Of a stretch of 64,000 nucleotides of DNA, positions 44,989 to 54,900 are shown one piece after another. Each line of letters begins with the position of its first letter. Position 1 is the stretch's first letter. The DNA comes from Steroidobacteraceae bacterium (GTDB taxonomy: Bacteria > Pseudomonadota > Gammaproteobacteria > Steroidobacterales > Steroidobacteraceae), in contig DASYYF010000022.1 in NCBI GenBank assembly GCA_035934055.1, positions 4,877 through 68,876 on the forward strand. Direction: 5' to 3'. Under the pieces are notes generated by a model. It was not told the DNA's origin and made no database searches. It saw only the letters and a program-made list of their open reading frames with translations. Position numbers and translations under genes: made by a program.

Positions 44989-46350
44989 CTACGGCTCGCG
45001 CGCCTGAGCGGCGTCCAGGCTCCCGGCGAGCGCGCGCAGCGCGTCCGAGATCGAGACCGGATAGCTTCGCCGTACGTCGCCCAGATCGCGCAGCGCCGGC
45101 GGGAGCGAGTCGAGCTCGGCACGGCTGTATTCGCGCACGCGACCGAGCGGTGGGAGCGGCGCGAGCGGCGCGCCGTCGCGCACCACCTCCTCGAGCAGCG
45201 GCCGCCCCGCGGCGCCCTCCTCGAGGCGCACCACGCGGTCGCCCAGGTACTGCCCCGCGGGGTCGCGTTCGCGGTACACCTGCTTGGCGCCCGGCCAGGT
45301 CGCCTTGCCGGGCGAGCTCTTGCGCCGTGGCCGCCCCGCGTACTCCTGGAGCTTGTAGGCCATGTCGAGCGCCGGCGCATCGGCTGACACGTCGAGCGCG
45401 GTCCCGACGCCGAAGGCATCCGCCGGCACTCCGGCCGACAGCAGCTCCCCGATCTGATGCTCATCGAGGCCGCCGCTCAGAACGATCTGGATGTCGCCAA
45501 GCCCGTGCGCATCGAGCGCCGCACGGGCACGCCGCGCCTGTGCCGCCAGATCGCCGCTGTCGATACGCACCGCACGGATCCCGCCCCCCGGCGCCGCGCG
45601 CGCCCTGAGCTCCCCGGCGAGGCCGATGACGCGCTGCAGCGCACGATCCGTATCGTAGGTATCCACCAGCAGCGTCGTGGGCTCGCGGCGGCTGCGCACG
45701 AAGTTGCGGAAGGCAGCCTGTTCGCTGTCGTGCGCCTCGATGAAGGAGTGCGCCATGGTGCCCGACAGCGGGATGCCGAAGCGCTGACCGGCAGCGACCG
45801 TGGCGGTCGCGTCGAAGCCTGCGAGGAAGGCGGCGCGCGCCGCAAAGAGTCCCGCGTCCGCCTCGTGCGCACGGCGCATGCCGAAGTCGACCAGCTGCCG
45901 GCCGCGCGCCGCGATCACGCAGCGCGCCGCCTTGCTGGCGATGGTGGTCTGGAAATGCACGATGTTGAGCAGACGGCTCTCGAGCAGCTGCGCCTCGAGT
46001 ATCGGAGCCGTCACGCTGAGGATCGGCTCGTCGGCGAAGAACGGCGTCCCTTCCGGCATCGCGTGCAGCGCCCCCGTGAAGCGCACCGTGCCGAGGTGGT
46101 CGAGGAAGGGCGCCGAGAACTTACCGAGGCTCGAGAGATAGGCGAGGTCCTCGTCCGTGAAGCGCAGCTGCCCGAGGTAATCGACCGCCTGCTCGAGACC
46201 GCCCGCCACCAGGAACTGCCGCGATTTAGGCAGCCGGCGCACGAAGAGCTCGAAGACCGCCGTCTCCGTCATGTCCGACTCGAAGTACGCCTGCGCCATC
46301 GCCAGCTGATAGAAGTCCGTGAGCAGCGCATTGGGAGAAGGATTCTTCAT
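44989..46350 (-). CDS. pncB: Nicotinate phosphoribosyltransferase
   Basis: LLTDFYQLAMAQAYFESDMTETAVFELFVRRLP...GTMAHSFIEAH...VRIDSGDL. Confidence 0.9.
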   Translation of the reverse strand: MKNPSPNALLTDFYQLAMAQAYFESDMTETAVFELFVRRLPKSRQFLVAGGLEQAVDYLGQLRFTDEDLAYLSSLGKFSAPFLDHLGTVRFTGALHAMPEGTPFFADEPILSVTAPILEAQLLESRLLNIVHFQTTIASKAARCVIAARGRQLVDFGMRRAHEADAGLFAARAAFLAGFDATATVAAGQRFGIPLSGTMAHSFIEAHDSEQAAFRNFVRSRREPTTLLVDTYDTDRALQRVIGLAGELRARAAPGGGIRAVRIDSGDLAAQARRARAALDAHGLGDIQIVLSGGLDEHQIGELLSAGVPADAFGVGTALDVSADAPALDMAYKLQEYAGRPRRKSSPGKATWPGAKQVYRERDPAGQYLGDRVVRLEEGAAGRPLLEEVVRDGAPLAPLPPLGRVREYSRAELDSLPPALRDLGDVRRSYPVSISDALRALAGSLDAAQAREP

Positions 46351-46366
46351 GAGGCCGGAACCCCTG

Positions 46367-46382
46367 ATACTTGTGCGTATTC
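46367..46382 (+). promoter_or_regulatory. Variant of the shared motif (ATACTTGTGCGTATTC)
   Basis: 12 of 16 match GCACTTTCSCGTATTC in the same gene-proximal orientation, 36 nt upstream of the PRTase ATG at 46419. It lies in the divergent pncB/PRTase intergenic region. Confidence 0.35.
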
Positions 46383-46418
46383 TCGCATCGTCCCTGCCGG
46401 CGCGAGACTGTAGGGAGG

Positions 46419-47105
46419 ATGACCGTATCGCTTCGGCTGTTCGCCGATCGCCGCGCGGCCGGGCGCGAGCTCGCTCGCGCCGTCGGGCGGCTGCGCCTGT
46501 CTGCGCCGGTCGTGGTGCTCGGCCTGCCGCGCGGCGGAGTGCCGGTGGCGTTCGAAGTCGCGCGCGCGCTCCATGCGCCGCTCGACGTGATGGTGGTGCG
46601 CAAGGTCGGCATGCCGGGCCAGCCGGAGCTCGCGCTCGGCGCGATCGCCGCCGGCGCCGTCACCGTGCGCCAGCCCCTCCCGTTTCCCGGCTACGGCCCC
46701 GATGCCGAGGAGTTTGCCGCGCTCGCCGCACGCGAGCGCGGCGAGCTCGAGCGGCGCGAGCAGCTCTACCGCGCCGGCCGGGCGCCTCTCGAGCTCACGG
46801 GCAAGACGGTGGTTCTCGTCGACGACGGGCTGGCGACGGGAGCCACCATGCTCGCGGCGGTGCGCGCGGCGCGCAAAGCCGGCGCCGCAGCAGTGGTGGC
46901 GGCGGCGCCCGTGGCCTCCGGCGAGGCCGCGGCCCTGATCGGCGCCGAGTGCGATTCCGTCGCGATCGTCGAGATCCCGCCGGCGCTGCGCGCCGTCGGA
47001 GAATGGTACGAGGATTTCGGCCAGACCGAGGACCGCGAGGTGTGCGAGCTGCTGCGGGAGTCGGCACGCGTGCATGGGGGCAGTCCGGGAGCTACTGCTT
47101 CGTAG
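46419..47105 (+). CDS. Phosphoribosyltransferase-domain protein
   Basis: GGGAGG 5 nt upstream of the ATG. VVLGLPRGGVPVAFEVA...VVLVDDGLATGATMLAAV (PRPP-binding loop). Confidence 0.85.
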   Translation: MTVSLRLFADRRAAGRELARAVGRLRLSAPVVVLGLPRGGVPVAFEVARALHAPLDVMVVRKVGMPGQPELALGAIAAGAVTVRQPLPFPGYGPDAEEFAALAARERGELERREQLYRAGRAPLELTGKTVVLVDDGLATGATMLAAVRAARKAGAAAVVAAAPVASGEAAALIGAECDSVAIVEIPPALRAVGEWYEDFGQTEDREVCELLRESARVHGGSPGATAS

Positions 47106-47775
47106 CGCGGTCAAGGCGCGACATGTAGCTTGCGAGACCCGTGAGCTCCTCCATCGAGCGGCCCTCGAGGAGCCGCAGATGCACGGGCCGCATGCCCGGC
47201 CGGCGCCTTTCGATCGTGTCGTGCAGCTGCCGCAACAGGTACTCGTACTGCTGACCGGCAACTCGCGGTACGAAGCGCTCATCGTCCCCCTCGCCGCGCG
47301 CGCCGTGGCACCGGAGGCACCGGACCACGTAGAGCTCGGCGCCCTTCTCGACGCCACGCTCGGGACCCGGAGTCGTGTCCGGCGCGGGAGGGAGGCTCGC
47401 CGCGTACGCCGCGACATCGGCGATGTCCTGAGTCGAGCCCAGCACGTGGCGCCCCGCGATGCGCTCCATCGGGTCATAAGAGCGCAGCCCCGCGCGATAG
47501 TCGACGAGCTCGCGGGCGATGACCCGCCGATGCTGACCGGCGATCTGCGGCGGCCAGCCGCTCGCCTTTCCCTCGCCGCGTGGGCCGTGACACTCGGCAC
47601 AGGTGGCAAACAGGCGCGCGCCATGCGGGACATCCGGCGTGGCCTCGAGCGCCGCGCGCAGCTCCTTTCCGGCCCGTGCTTCTGCGGGTGCGGGCGCAGC
47701 GGATGCGATCGGCGTCACGATCAGGAGCACGGCGGCCGGCAGCCACGGCACGCGAGCGGACATCCCTAGATGCAT
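47092..47775 (-). CDS. Dihaem c-type cytochrome
   Basis: Two CxxCH motifs (CAECH, CLRCH). Signal peptide. Alternative start ATG 47763, just after the upstream stop. Confidence 0.8.
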   Translation of the reverse strand: MHLGMSARVPWLPAAVLLIVTPIASAAPAPAEARAGKELRAALEATPDVPHGARLFATCAECHGPRGEGKASGWPPQIAGQHRRVIARELVDYRAGLRSYDPMERIAGRHVLGSTQDIADVAAYAASLPPAPDTTPGPERGVEKGAELYVVRCLRCHGARGEGDDERFVPRVAGQQYEYLLRQLHDTIERRRPGMRPVHLRLLEGRSMEELTGLASYMSRLDRATKQ

Positions 47776-49334
47776 TCGATCTCCCTGAGGACCTGCGACA
47801 CCAGGTCCGCTCGTGCCGTGTCGGCATCGATCACGTTGAGGCGCTCCGCCGCCTCGATCGGCTCGAAGCGCGCCTGCTGCAGCGCGAGCACGCCGCGATC
47901 CGCTTCCGATGCGTCGGCCGCCGCGTGTTGGCGCGCGGCGATCCGCGCCTCGAGCACCGCGCGCGGCGCATGGCAGAAGACGACCCGGACGACAGCCCCA
48001 TGCTCCGGCCCGAGGGAGGCGAGCCGCGCGCGCTCCTCGCGCCGCTGACAGGTCGCATCGACGACCACGGACAGCCCCCCGGCGAGCGCCTCGGCGGCGC
48101 ACTGCCGCAGCCGCTGGTAGGCTGCCGCACTCATTGCCGCGGAGTACAGGCCCTGCCCGAGCGCCGAGCCGGAGCGCTGCTCGGGGGCAAGCCCGCCGAG
48201 GCGCTTGCGCTCCACATCGGAGCGCACATGGACGGCCATGAGCCTCGGCGCCAGCCGCTCGGCGAGCCAGGTCTTGCCCGAGCCCGAGAGGCCGCACATC
48301 AGAATGAGCCGCGGACGGCGCACGACGAGGAGCCCCCGCGCACAGTCGAGGTAGCGGCCGTGCTCCGCGCAGCTCGCCGCGCGGCTCTGCGGGTCTGTCG
48401 CATCGGCCTCCGCCGCGCGCAGCGCCGCCACCTTGGCGCGCACGAGGGCGCGATGCGCGCCGTAGAGATGCAGCAGCCGGCAGGCCGGGTAGTCGCCGCT
48501 CTCGAAGAGATATCCCCCGATGAAAGCCTGGGCGTGGGCATCGAAGCCGCGGGCGCGCAGATCCATGTACAGGCATCCGATCTCCTCCGCCACGTCGATC
48601 CAGCGGAAGGCCGGCTCGAACTCGATGCAGTCGAAAGCCAGCAGGCGTCCGCCGTAGCGCGCGACGTTCCCGGCGTGCAGATCCCCGTGGCATTCGCGCA
48701 CCCGGCCGGCTGCACGCCGGCCGGCGATCCAGGGTTCTGCGGCTTCGATGCGTGCGACGTACGCCTCGGTCAGGCTCCGCACGGCCTCGGCCGCAGCGAG
48801 CGTCTCTGCCGCCTGCAGACACTCCGAGAGATTACGCAGGAGCAGCGCACGCACGGTGTCGGGGCGTCCCCACGGCTCCTCGGCGCCCGGGCGCGGCAGC
48901 GCCTCGTGCCGCCGGGCGAGCTCGCCCCCGAAGGCGGCGATCGCGGCCGGATCGAGCTCGCCGACTGCGAGCAGCGCCGCGAGCTCATCCGTCGTGCGGA
49001 ATTGCCGCATGCACACCGCATGATCGATGACCTCGCCGCGACCGTCGATCCCCGCGCGCCCGCCCCCGAAGGTGACCGGAGCCACACGCAGATAGAGCTC
49101 GGGGGCAAAGCGGCGGTTGAGCCGCAGCTCCTCGGCGCAAAAGAATGCCCTGCGCTCGGGCGAGCGCAGGTCGACGAAGGTGAAATGGACGGGCTTCTTG
49201 ATCTTGTAGGCGAATTCGCCCGTCAGGAGCACCCAGGAGATGTGGGTCTCGATCAGCCGTACTTCCCGCACCGGGTGCGGGTACGCTGCGGGCTGCAGCA
49301 GCGACTGCAACCGGACCGGCAGACTGGTACTCAT
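47766..49334 (-). CDS. Bifunctional APH-like kinase-fold / P-loop (AAA_33-type) ATP-binding protein
   Basis: ETHISWVLLTGEFAYKIKKP...CAEELRLNRRFAPELYLRVAPV...CHGDLHAGNV, then the Walker A LILMCGLSGSGKTWLAERL. ATG 49334. Confidence 0.8.
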   Translation of the reverse strand: MSTSLPVRLQSLLQPAAYPHPVREVRLIETHISWVLLTGEFAYKIKKPVHFTFVDLRSPERRAFFCAEELRLNRRFAPELYLRVAPVTFGGGRAGIDGRGEVIDHAVCMRQFRTTDELAALLAVGELDPAAIAAFGGELARRHEALPRPGAEEPWGRPDTVRALLLRNLSECLQAAETLAAAEAVRSLTEAYVARIEAAEPWIAGRRAAGRVRECHGDLHAGNVARYGGRLLAFDCIEFEPAFRWIDVAEEIGCLYMDLRARGFDAHAQAFIGGYLFESGDYPACRLLHLYGAHRALVRAKVAALRAAEADATDPQSRAASCAEHGRYLDCARGLLVVRRPRLILMCGLSGSGKTWLAERLAPRLMAVHVRSDVERKRLGGLAPEQRSGSALGQGLYSAAMSAAAYQRLRQCAAEALAGGLSVVVDATCQRREERARLASLGPEHGAVVRVVFCHAPRAVLEARIAARQHAAADASEADRGVLALQQARFEPIEAAERLNVIDADTARADLVSQVLREIECI

Positions 49335-49377
49335 GGAAAGAAGCATGCGCCCGTGGCCGAGGTCTGCGCGCATCGCG

Positions 49378-49392
49378 ATAAGTGCGTATGGC
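49378..49392 (+). promoter_or_regulatory. GATAAGTGCGTATGG element upstream of the cytochrome c gene
   Basis: It shares GATA and the 8-mer GTGCGTAT with 46366..46382. The TAT lies 35 nt upstream of the ATG at 49425 (37 nt in the PRTase copy). Confidence 0.3.
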
Positions 49393-49424
49393 GCCCGCTC
49401 TGGCGCCCTGCGAGGGGTTGCAGG

Positions 49425-49835
49425 ATGATGCTCAGCGGAGGTTCCCCGATGCTGGCCAGGCAGCTTCCGCTGCGTATCGCGGCGCTGGCGCTCGCAGCCG
49501 TCGTGCTGTGCGCGCTGTGCACTCCGCGTACGTCCGCCGCCGGCGTACCCAACACGCCGCAGCTCGCCCACGGTGAGCACATCGCCCGCCTGGTCTGCTC
49601 CGCCTGCCATGTGGTCGCGGCCGACCAGGAGTACCCGCCGCTCCTCGACAAGGCTGCGCCCGGCTTCGCCGAGATCGCCAATCGCCCGGGCGTCACCTCC
49701 GCGAGCCTGCGGCGCTTCATCACCTCGACTCACTGGGACGTCGACAAGCTGCCGATGTCCATGCCGAACCCGATGCTCACCAAGGCGGAAGCGCAGGACG
49801 TAGCACGCTACATACTCAGCCTGCGCAATCGCTGA
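49425..49835 (+). CDS. Monohaem c-type cytochrome
   Basis: CSACH haem motif. Signal/TM LRIAALALAAVVLCALC. Distal Met region KLPMSMPNPML. Confidence 0.75.
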   Translation: MMLSGGSPMLARQLPLRIAALALAAVVLCALCTPRTSAAGVPNTPQLAHGEHIARLVCSACHVVAADQEYPPLLDKAAPGFAEIANRPGVTSASLRRFITSTHWDVDKLPMSMPNPMLTKAEAQDVARYILSLRNR

Positions 49836-49838
49836 AGT

Positions 49839-50045
49839 TCAAGGCGTCTTGAACTTCTGAAAACGCAGCACCTCGCACACCGCCCCGCAGTCACACTCGA
49901 CGGCGACCGTCCCCGGCATCTGCAGGATATCCTCCCCCCGGCCGGCAAAGAGGTCCTCGCAGACCGCGAGCAGCCGCGAGCAGGCACAAGGTGCACCGTA
50001 GTACCATGTGTCGGGTTTCGGGTCGCGAACCGGAGTAACCGTCAT
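49839..50045 (-). CDS. Small Cys-rich hypothetical protein (68 aa)
   Basis: MTVTPVRDPKPDTWYYGAPCACSRLLAVCEDLF...VAVECDCGAVCEV. Seven Cys, including CAC and CDC pairs. No homology recognised. It could start at 50105. Confidence 0.3.
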   Translation of the reverse strand: MTVTPVRDPKPDTWYYGAPCACSRLLAVCEDLFAGRGEDILQMPGTVAVECDCGAVCEVLRFQKFKTP

Positions 50046-50165
50046 GCATCCGTATCGTGCACTCGCACCGGGACGAGCGCAGTTCGTGGCAATGCGGGAG
50101 GACATCGGGGATATCCGCGATGGGTGTTACGGCTTTCCCTCATCAGGGAGCGCACTTCCGGTGCC

Positions 50166-51746
50166 ATGAGTGCACCCCAAATGCACACCCAGCACGCCCT
50201 GCCCCCCGAGGCGGTTCGGGTGGCGCTGGAAGAAGCGCCGGATGCGATGCTCATCGTCGACCTTTCCGGCACGATCCGCTTTGCGAACCAGAGCGTCACG
50301 GAGCTCTTCGGGCACCCGCACGGGGAGCTGATCGGCCGCAGCGTCGAGGTATTGGTGCCCGAGCGGTTCCGCAAACCTCATGCTGACTACCGGGGCGAGT
50401 TCACGAGGGATAAGAAGACGCGTCCCATGGGGGGCCAAAGGCTCGACCTCTTCGGCCTGCGTACGGACGGAAGTGAATTCCCGGTCGCGATCAGCCTGAA
50501 AACCGTCTACTGCCACCCCGAATGGATCACGGTGGCAGCGATCCGCGACATGACGAGTCACGTGACGGCCGAGAGCAGGTTGCGGGAAGCGATGGATCAG
50601 GCCAACCACGCCAGCCTCGCGAAGAGCCGCTTCCTCTCGACCGCGAGCCACGACCTGCGCCAGCCGCTGCAGACGCTGGCGCTCCTGAACGGTGCGCTGC
50701 GCCGGATGGTGGCCGATCGCCCGGCGGCCAGCGACGTCGTCATGCAGCAGGAGCACGCGATCGCCTCCATGTCGCGGCTGCTCAATGCGCTGTTGGATAT
50801 CAGCAAGCTCGAGTCGGGCGCCGTCAGGCCGAATCCGACCGAGTTCGCCGTCGGCGCCCTGTTCGAGGAGCTGCGCGAGGGGTTCTCGCGCCTCGCCGAG
50901 GACAAGGGTCTCGCCTTCAAGGTGACTCCCTGCGAGGAATCCGTGCGCAGCGACCCCGCGCTGGTCGGACAAATCCTGCGCAACCTGGTCTCGAACGCCA
51001 TCAAGTACACGCGCCAGGGCTCCGTGGCGCTGCGCTGCGTGCATGACGATCCGGCCTTGGTGCGCATCGAGGTTCTCGATACCGGCGTCGGCATACCGGC
51101 GGATCAGCTGCGCCACATCTACGATGAGTTCTTCCAGGTAGGCGGTGCGCATAACCCGGCGCGCCAGGGCTACGGATTGGGACTGAGCATCGTGCGGCGC
51201 CTGGTGACGCTGCTCGATCTGAAGCTCGAGGTGCAATCCGAGGTCGGGAGCGGCTCGCTGTTCGCGCTGACTCTGCCGACCGGCCTGCGGGCGGCTTCAG
51301 CGGCGCGGCGGATCGAGGCCGAGCCGCCGGCGCACGGTGCGCCTGCTCAGATTCGCATCCTCCTGGTCGAGGATGACACCGGGGTACGCAACGCCACGCG
51401 CATGCTGTTCAGGGCCGAGGGCTACGACGTCACGGCCGTGGCTTCATTCGCCGAAGCACTCGAGCAGGCGCGGCGCGATCCGCGCGTGGATCTGCTGGTG
51501 ACCGATTATCACCTCGGGAACGGCACGACCGGCAGCGACGTCATCGCTTCCGTCCGCGAGGCACTCGGCCGCCCGATCAAAGCAGTTCTGATGACCGGCG
51601 ATACCTCGTCGGCCATCCAGATGCTTCCGGCCGATCCACGCACGAAGGTGGCGAGCAAGCCGGTGAACGCAGACGAGCTGCTGCAGCTGTTGCGCGCGCT
51701 TCTCACCCCCGCTGAGGAGGGGCCGCCCGACGCTGTGCCATCGTAA
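50166..51746 (+). CDS. PAS-domain hybrid histidine kinase (HisKA, HATPase_c, C-terminal receiver)
   Basis: PAS APDAMLIVDLSGTIRFANQSVTELFGH. H-box [18 protein letters not shown] boxes [10 protein letters not shown] and DTGVGIP...GLGLSIV. Receiver ILLVEDD...LLVTDYHL...MTGD...KP. Confidence 0.9.
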   Translation: MSAPQMHTQHALPPEAVRVALEEAPDAMLIVDLSGTIRFANQSVTELFGHPHGELIGRSVEVLVPERFRKPHADYRGEFTRDKKTRPMGGQRLDLFGLRTDGSEFPVAISLKTVYCHPEWITVAAIRDMTSHVTAESRLREAMDQANHASLAKSRFLSTASHDLRQPLQTLALLNGALRRMVADRPAASDVVMQQEHAIASMSRLLNALLDISKLESGAVRPNPTEFAVGALFEELREGFSRLAEDKGLAFKVTPCEESVRSDPALVGQILRNLVSNAIKYTRQGSVALRCVHDDPALVRIEVLDTGVGIPADQLRHIYDEFFQVGGAHNPARQGYGLGLSIVRRLVTLLDLKLEVQSEVGSGSLFALTLPTGLRAASAARRIEAEPPAHGAPAQIRILLVEDDTGVRNATRMLFRAEGYDVTAVASFAEALEQARRDPRVDLLVTDYHLGNGTTGSDVIASVREALGRPIKAVLMTGDTSSAIQMLPADPRTKVASKPVNADELLQLLRALLTPAEEGPPDAVPS

Positions 51747-51927
51747 CCGCCGCCGGCCACCGGCCTTCCGCTCGCGGTGGAAAAAGCGCAGCTCCTGCCT
51801 AAGCGTGTCACAAGTTCCTGATTTAACGGTAAGCTTTGGTGGGCGCGCGACGGTCGCTGCGTCCGTGCGGCGGCCCGGCCGGTAGTACCATTCGGCCAGC
51901 CATCACGCGGCCCGCTGAGAACTGGCC

Positions 51928-54900
51928 ATGTCATCCGTTCCGAAGCGCAGGAACTCCCGCGCCCCAGCCGGCGGTTCCAAGAATGACAAGCTCCCGCCTG
52001 CGGCAAGCAGCGACCGGCAAGAGCCCGCCTCGGCGGCGCCCGGCCGGTTCATCGTCGGCATCGGCGCCTCGGCCGGCGGCCTCGAAGCGCTCAAGAAGTT
52101 TTTCGGCGCCATGCCGCCGACTACGGGTCTTGCATTCGTCGTCGTGGTCCACCTGGATCCCTCCCAGAAGAGCTACATGGCGGAGCTGCTGGCCCACGCA
52201 ACGGGCCTCGCCGTCGAGCAGGCCCGGGATCGTCAGCCGCTCGAGGTCGATCACGTCTACGTCATTCCGCCCAACCGCACGCTGACCATCGACCAGGGCA
52301 TGATCCACGTGCAGGAGCTCGCAGATCGCCGGGGACTGCGGGGCTCGATCGATCATTTCTTCCGCTCTCTGGCCGAATGCGAGCGCGAACGCGCCATCGG
52401 CATCGTGCTGTCCGGCACCGGGTCGGAAGGGACCCTGGGAGCACGGGCGGTCAAGGCGGAGGGTGGCCTGGTCATCGCTCAGCTGCCCGACACGGCGATG
52501 CAACCGAGCATGCCGAGCAGCGTCATTTCCGCCGGCGCCGCAGACGCGGTGCTGGCTCCGGAGAAGATGCCCGAGGCGCTGCTGGCTTACGTGCGCAAAC
52601 AGGCGCCGCTGCGGGCCGAGACCAGTCGTCTCGAAGGCCTGCCGAAGATCCTGACGCTGCTGCGCGCCCGCACCAGACATGACTTTCGCGGCTACAAGGC
52701 CGGCACGCTCCAGCGCCGCATCGAGCGGCGCATGGGGCTGCAGCAGATTGAGCGTCTCAACGACTACGCCGACTTTCTGCGCTCGCACCCGCAGGAAGTC
52801 GATCGGCTCTTCAAGGACCTGCTGATCCAGGTCACCTCGTTTTTCCGCGATCCGCCGGCATTCGATGAGCTCGCCGGCAAGGTGCTGGCCGAGCTCGTGA
52901 AAGGGCGGGACCCGGACTCCCCGCTCCGCATCTGGGTGCCGGGCTGCTCGACCGGCGAAGAGGCCTATTCGATCGCCATCGTGGCCGTAGAGGTGCTGGC
53001 GCTGACGCAGTCGCCCTGCCGGGTGCAGATATTCGCAACCGACATCGATCAGGAAGCTCTCGAGGTCGCACGGGCGGGCTCCTATCCGGAGAGCATCGCG
53101 CTCGACGTGACGCCGCAGCGTCTGCAGCGGTTCTTCGTGCTCGAGGACCACCGCTACACGGTCGCGAAATCGATCCGCGAGTCGGTGGTCTTCGCGGTGC
53201 AGAATGTGACCAGCGATCCGCCCTTCTCCAACCTCGACCTGCTCAGCTGCCGCAACCTGCTGATCTATCTCGAGGAGGAGATGCAGGAGAAGCTGCTGAC
53301 GTTGTTCCATTTCGCGCTCAACCGGGGCGGATACCTTTTTCTCGGCAGCGCGGAGGGCGTCGGCGCGCGCGAAGCGCTGTTCGAGCCCGTGTCGAAGCTC
53401 CGGCGGATCTTCCGGCGGGCCGGGCCGGCCGTCCGCCCGCCACCCGGGCTTCCCTTGCCCTCGCCGGCGGCGACCGATGCCGAGCGCCTCGGCTCGAGCC
53501 CCAGGGCCGCAGCGGAAGCTTCGGTGGCGGCGATTGCAGATCAGCGGCTGCTCGAGCATTTCACGCCCGCCGCCGTGGTGGTTCGCTCCAATGGCCAGAT
53601 CGTACGGTTCTACGGCGCCCTGGAACGCTTCATGAAGCTGCCCCGGGGGGAAGCGACCCTCGACGTGCTGACGCTGGCGCGCGATGCGCTCAAACCGACT
53701 CTGCGGGCCGCGCTGCATGAGGCCGTCCGCCGCAATCGCGGGACCGTGCTCGAGGCGCTCGACAGCCGACGGGCGCGGCGTCCCGCGCTGCTGCACATCA
53801 CCGTCAAGCCGGTCGATGCGCCGCAGGGGGTGGAACGCCTGTGGCTCATCATTTTCGAGGAGCTGTCGCCGCCACCGCCGGCGGCGCGTACGGCACGCTC
53901 GAAGGCACACCGCGAGTCCGCGCTGGTGCAAAAGCTCGAGGCCGAGCTGCGCGCCACCAAGAAGGAGCAGCAGCACCTCATCGAGCAGCTCGAGAGCGGC
54001 AACGAGGAGATGAAGGCCGCCAACGAAGAAGTCCTGTCGATGAACGAGGAGCTGCAGTCGAGCAACGAGGAGCTGACGACCTCGAAGGAAGAGCTGCAGT
54101 CGATGAACGAGGAGCTGACGACGCTCAACTCCCAGCTGCAGGAGAAGGTGCTGGAGCTCACGGCGCTCAACGACGACCTTGCGAATCTTCTCACGAGCAC
54201 CGACATCGCCACCGTCTTCCTGGACACGGAGCTGCGCATCAAGCGCTTTACCGCCGCCGCATCGCTGGTTCTCAACCTGCAGCCGGCCGACGCCGGAAGG
54301 CCCCTGACTCATATCGCCACCAATCTGACCGATGCGGACCTCACCTCCGAGGCTCGCACGGTCATGGACACTCTGATACCGATCGAGAGGCAGCTCGCAG
54401 CACGCGACGGCAGGCAATACATTCTCCGCGCGCTGCCGTACCGCACGCACGAGAAGCAGGTGCTGGGCGTGGTGCTGACGCTCGTCGACGTGACGACGCT
54501 CAAGCGCGCCGAGCGGGAGCTGAGAGAGGCTCGTGCGCAGGTCAGCGAGGAGCTGCGCCGGATGACGCGCCTGCACGCTCTCGGCAACCAGCTCGCACGC
54601 TCCGGCGAGGCGCGCGAGATGCTGGAAGCGATCCTGCATGCAGCGCTCGACATTACCGCGGCCGAGATGGGCACCATCCAGCAAAGCGACGCGGCGGGAG
54701 TGCTGGCGATTACGGCGCAGGTGGGCTTCGAGCCGGCGTTCCTCGAGTACTTCGCGCACGTCGACGCGCGCTTCGACAGCTCGTGCGGCCACGCCATGGC
54801 GAGTGAGAAGCGCGTGCTCGTCGAGGACGTCGCGACGAGCCCGGTGCTCGCGACCATGCGGTCGCGGCGGAGTCTGCTCGCGGCCGGCGCGCACGCCGTG

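Noticed and set aside
32404-46350. Prs homologue plus PncB/PRTase/NUDIX interpreted as an NAD-reconstitution or ADPR-pyrophosphorylation (phage NARP-like) system.
   Set aside because: The Prs homologue is operonic with the UbiA-type phosphoribosyltransferase, not with pncB, which lies 11 kb away in a different transcription unit. There are no phage genes. The lipid-linked pentose interpretation explains the context better.
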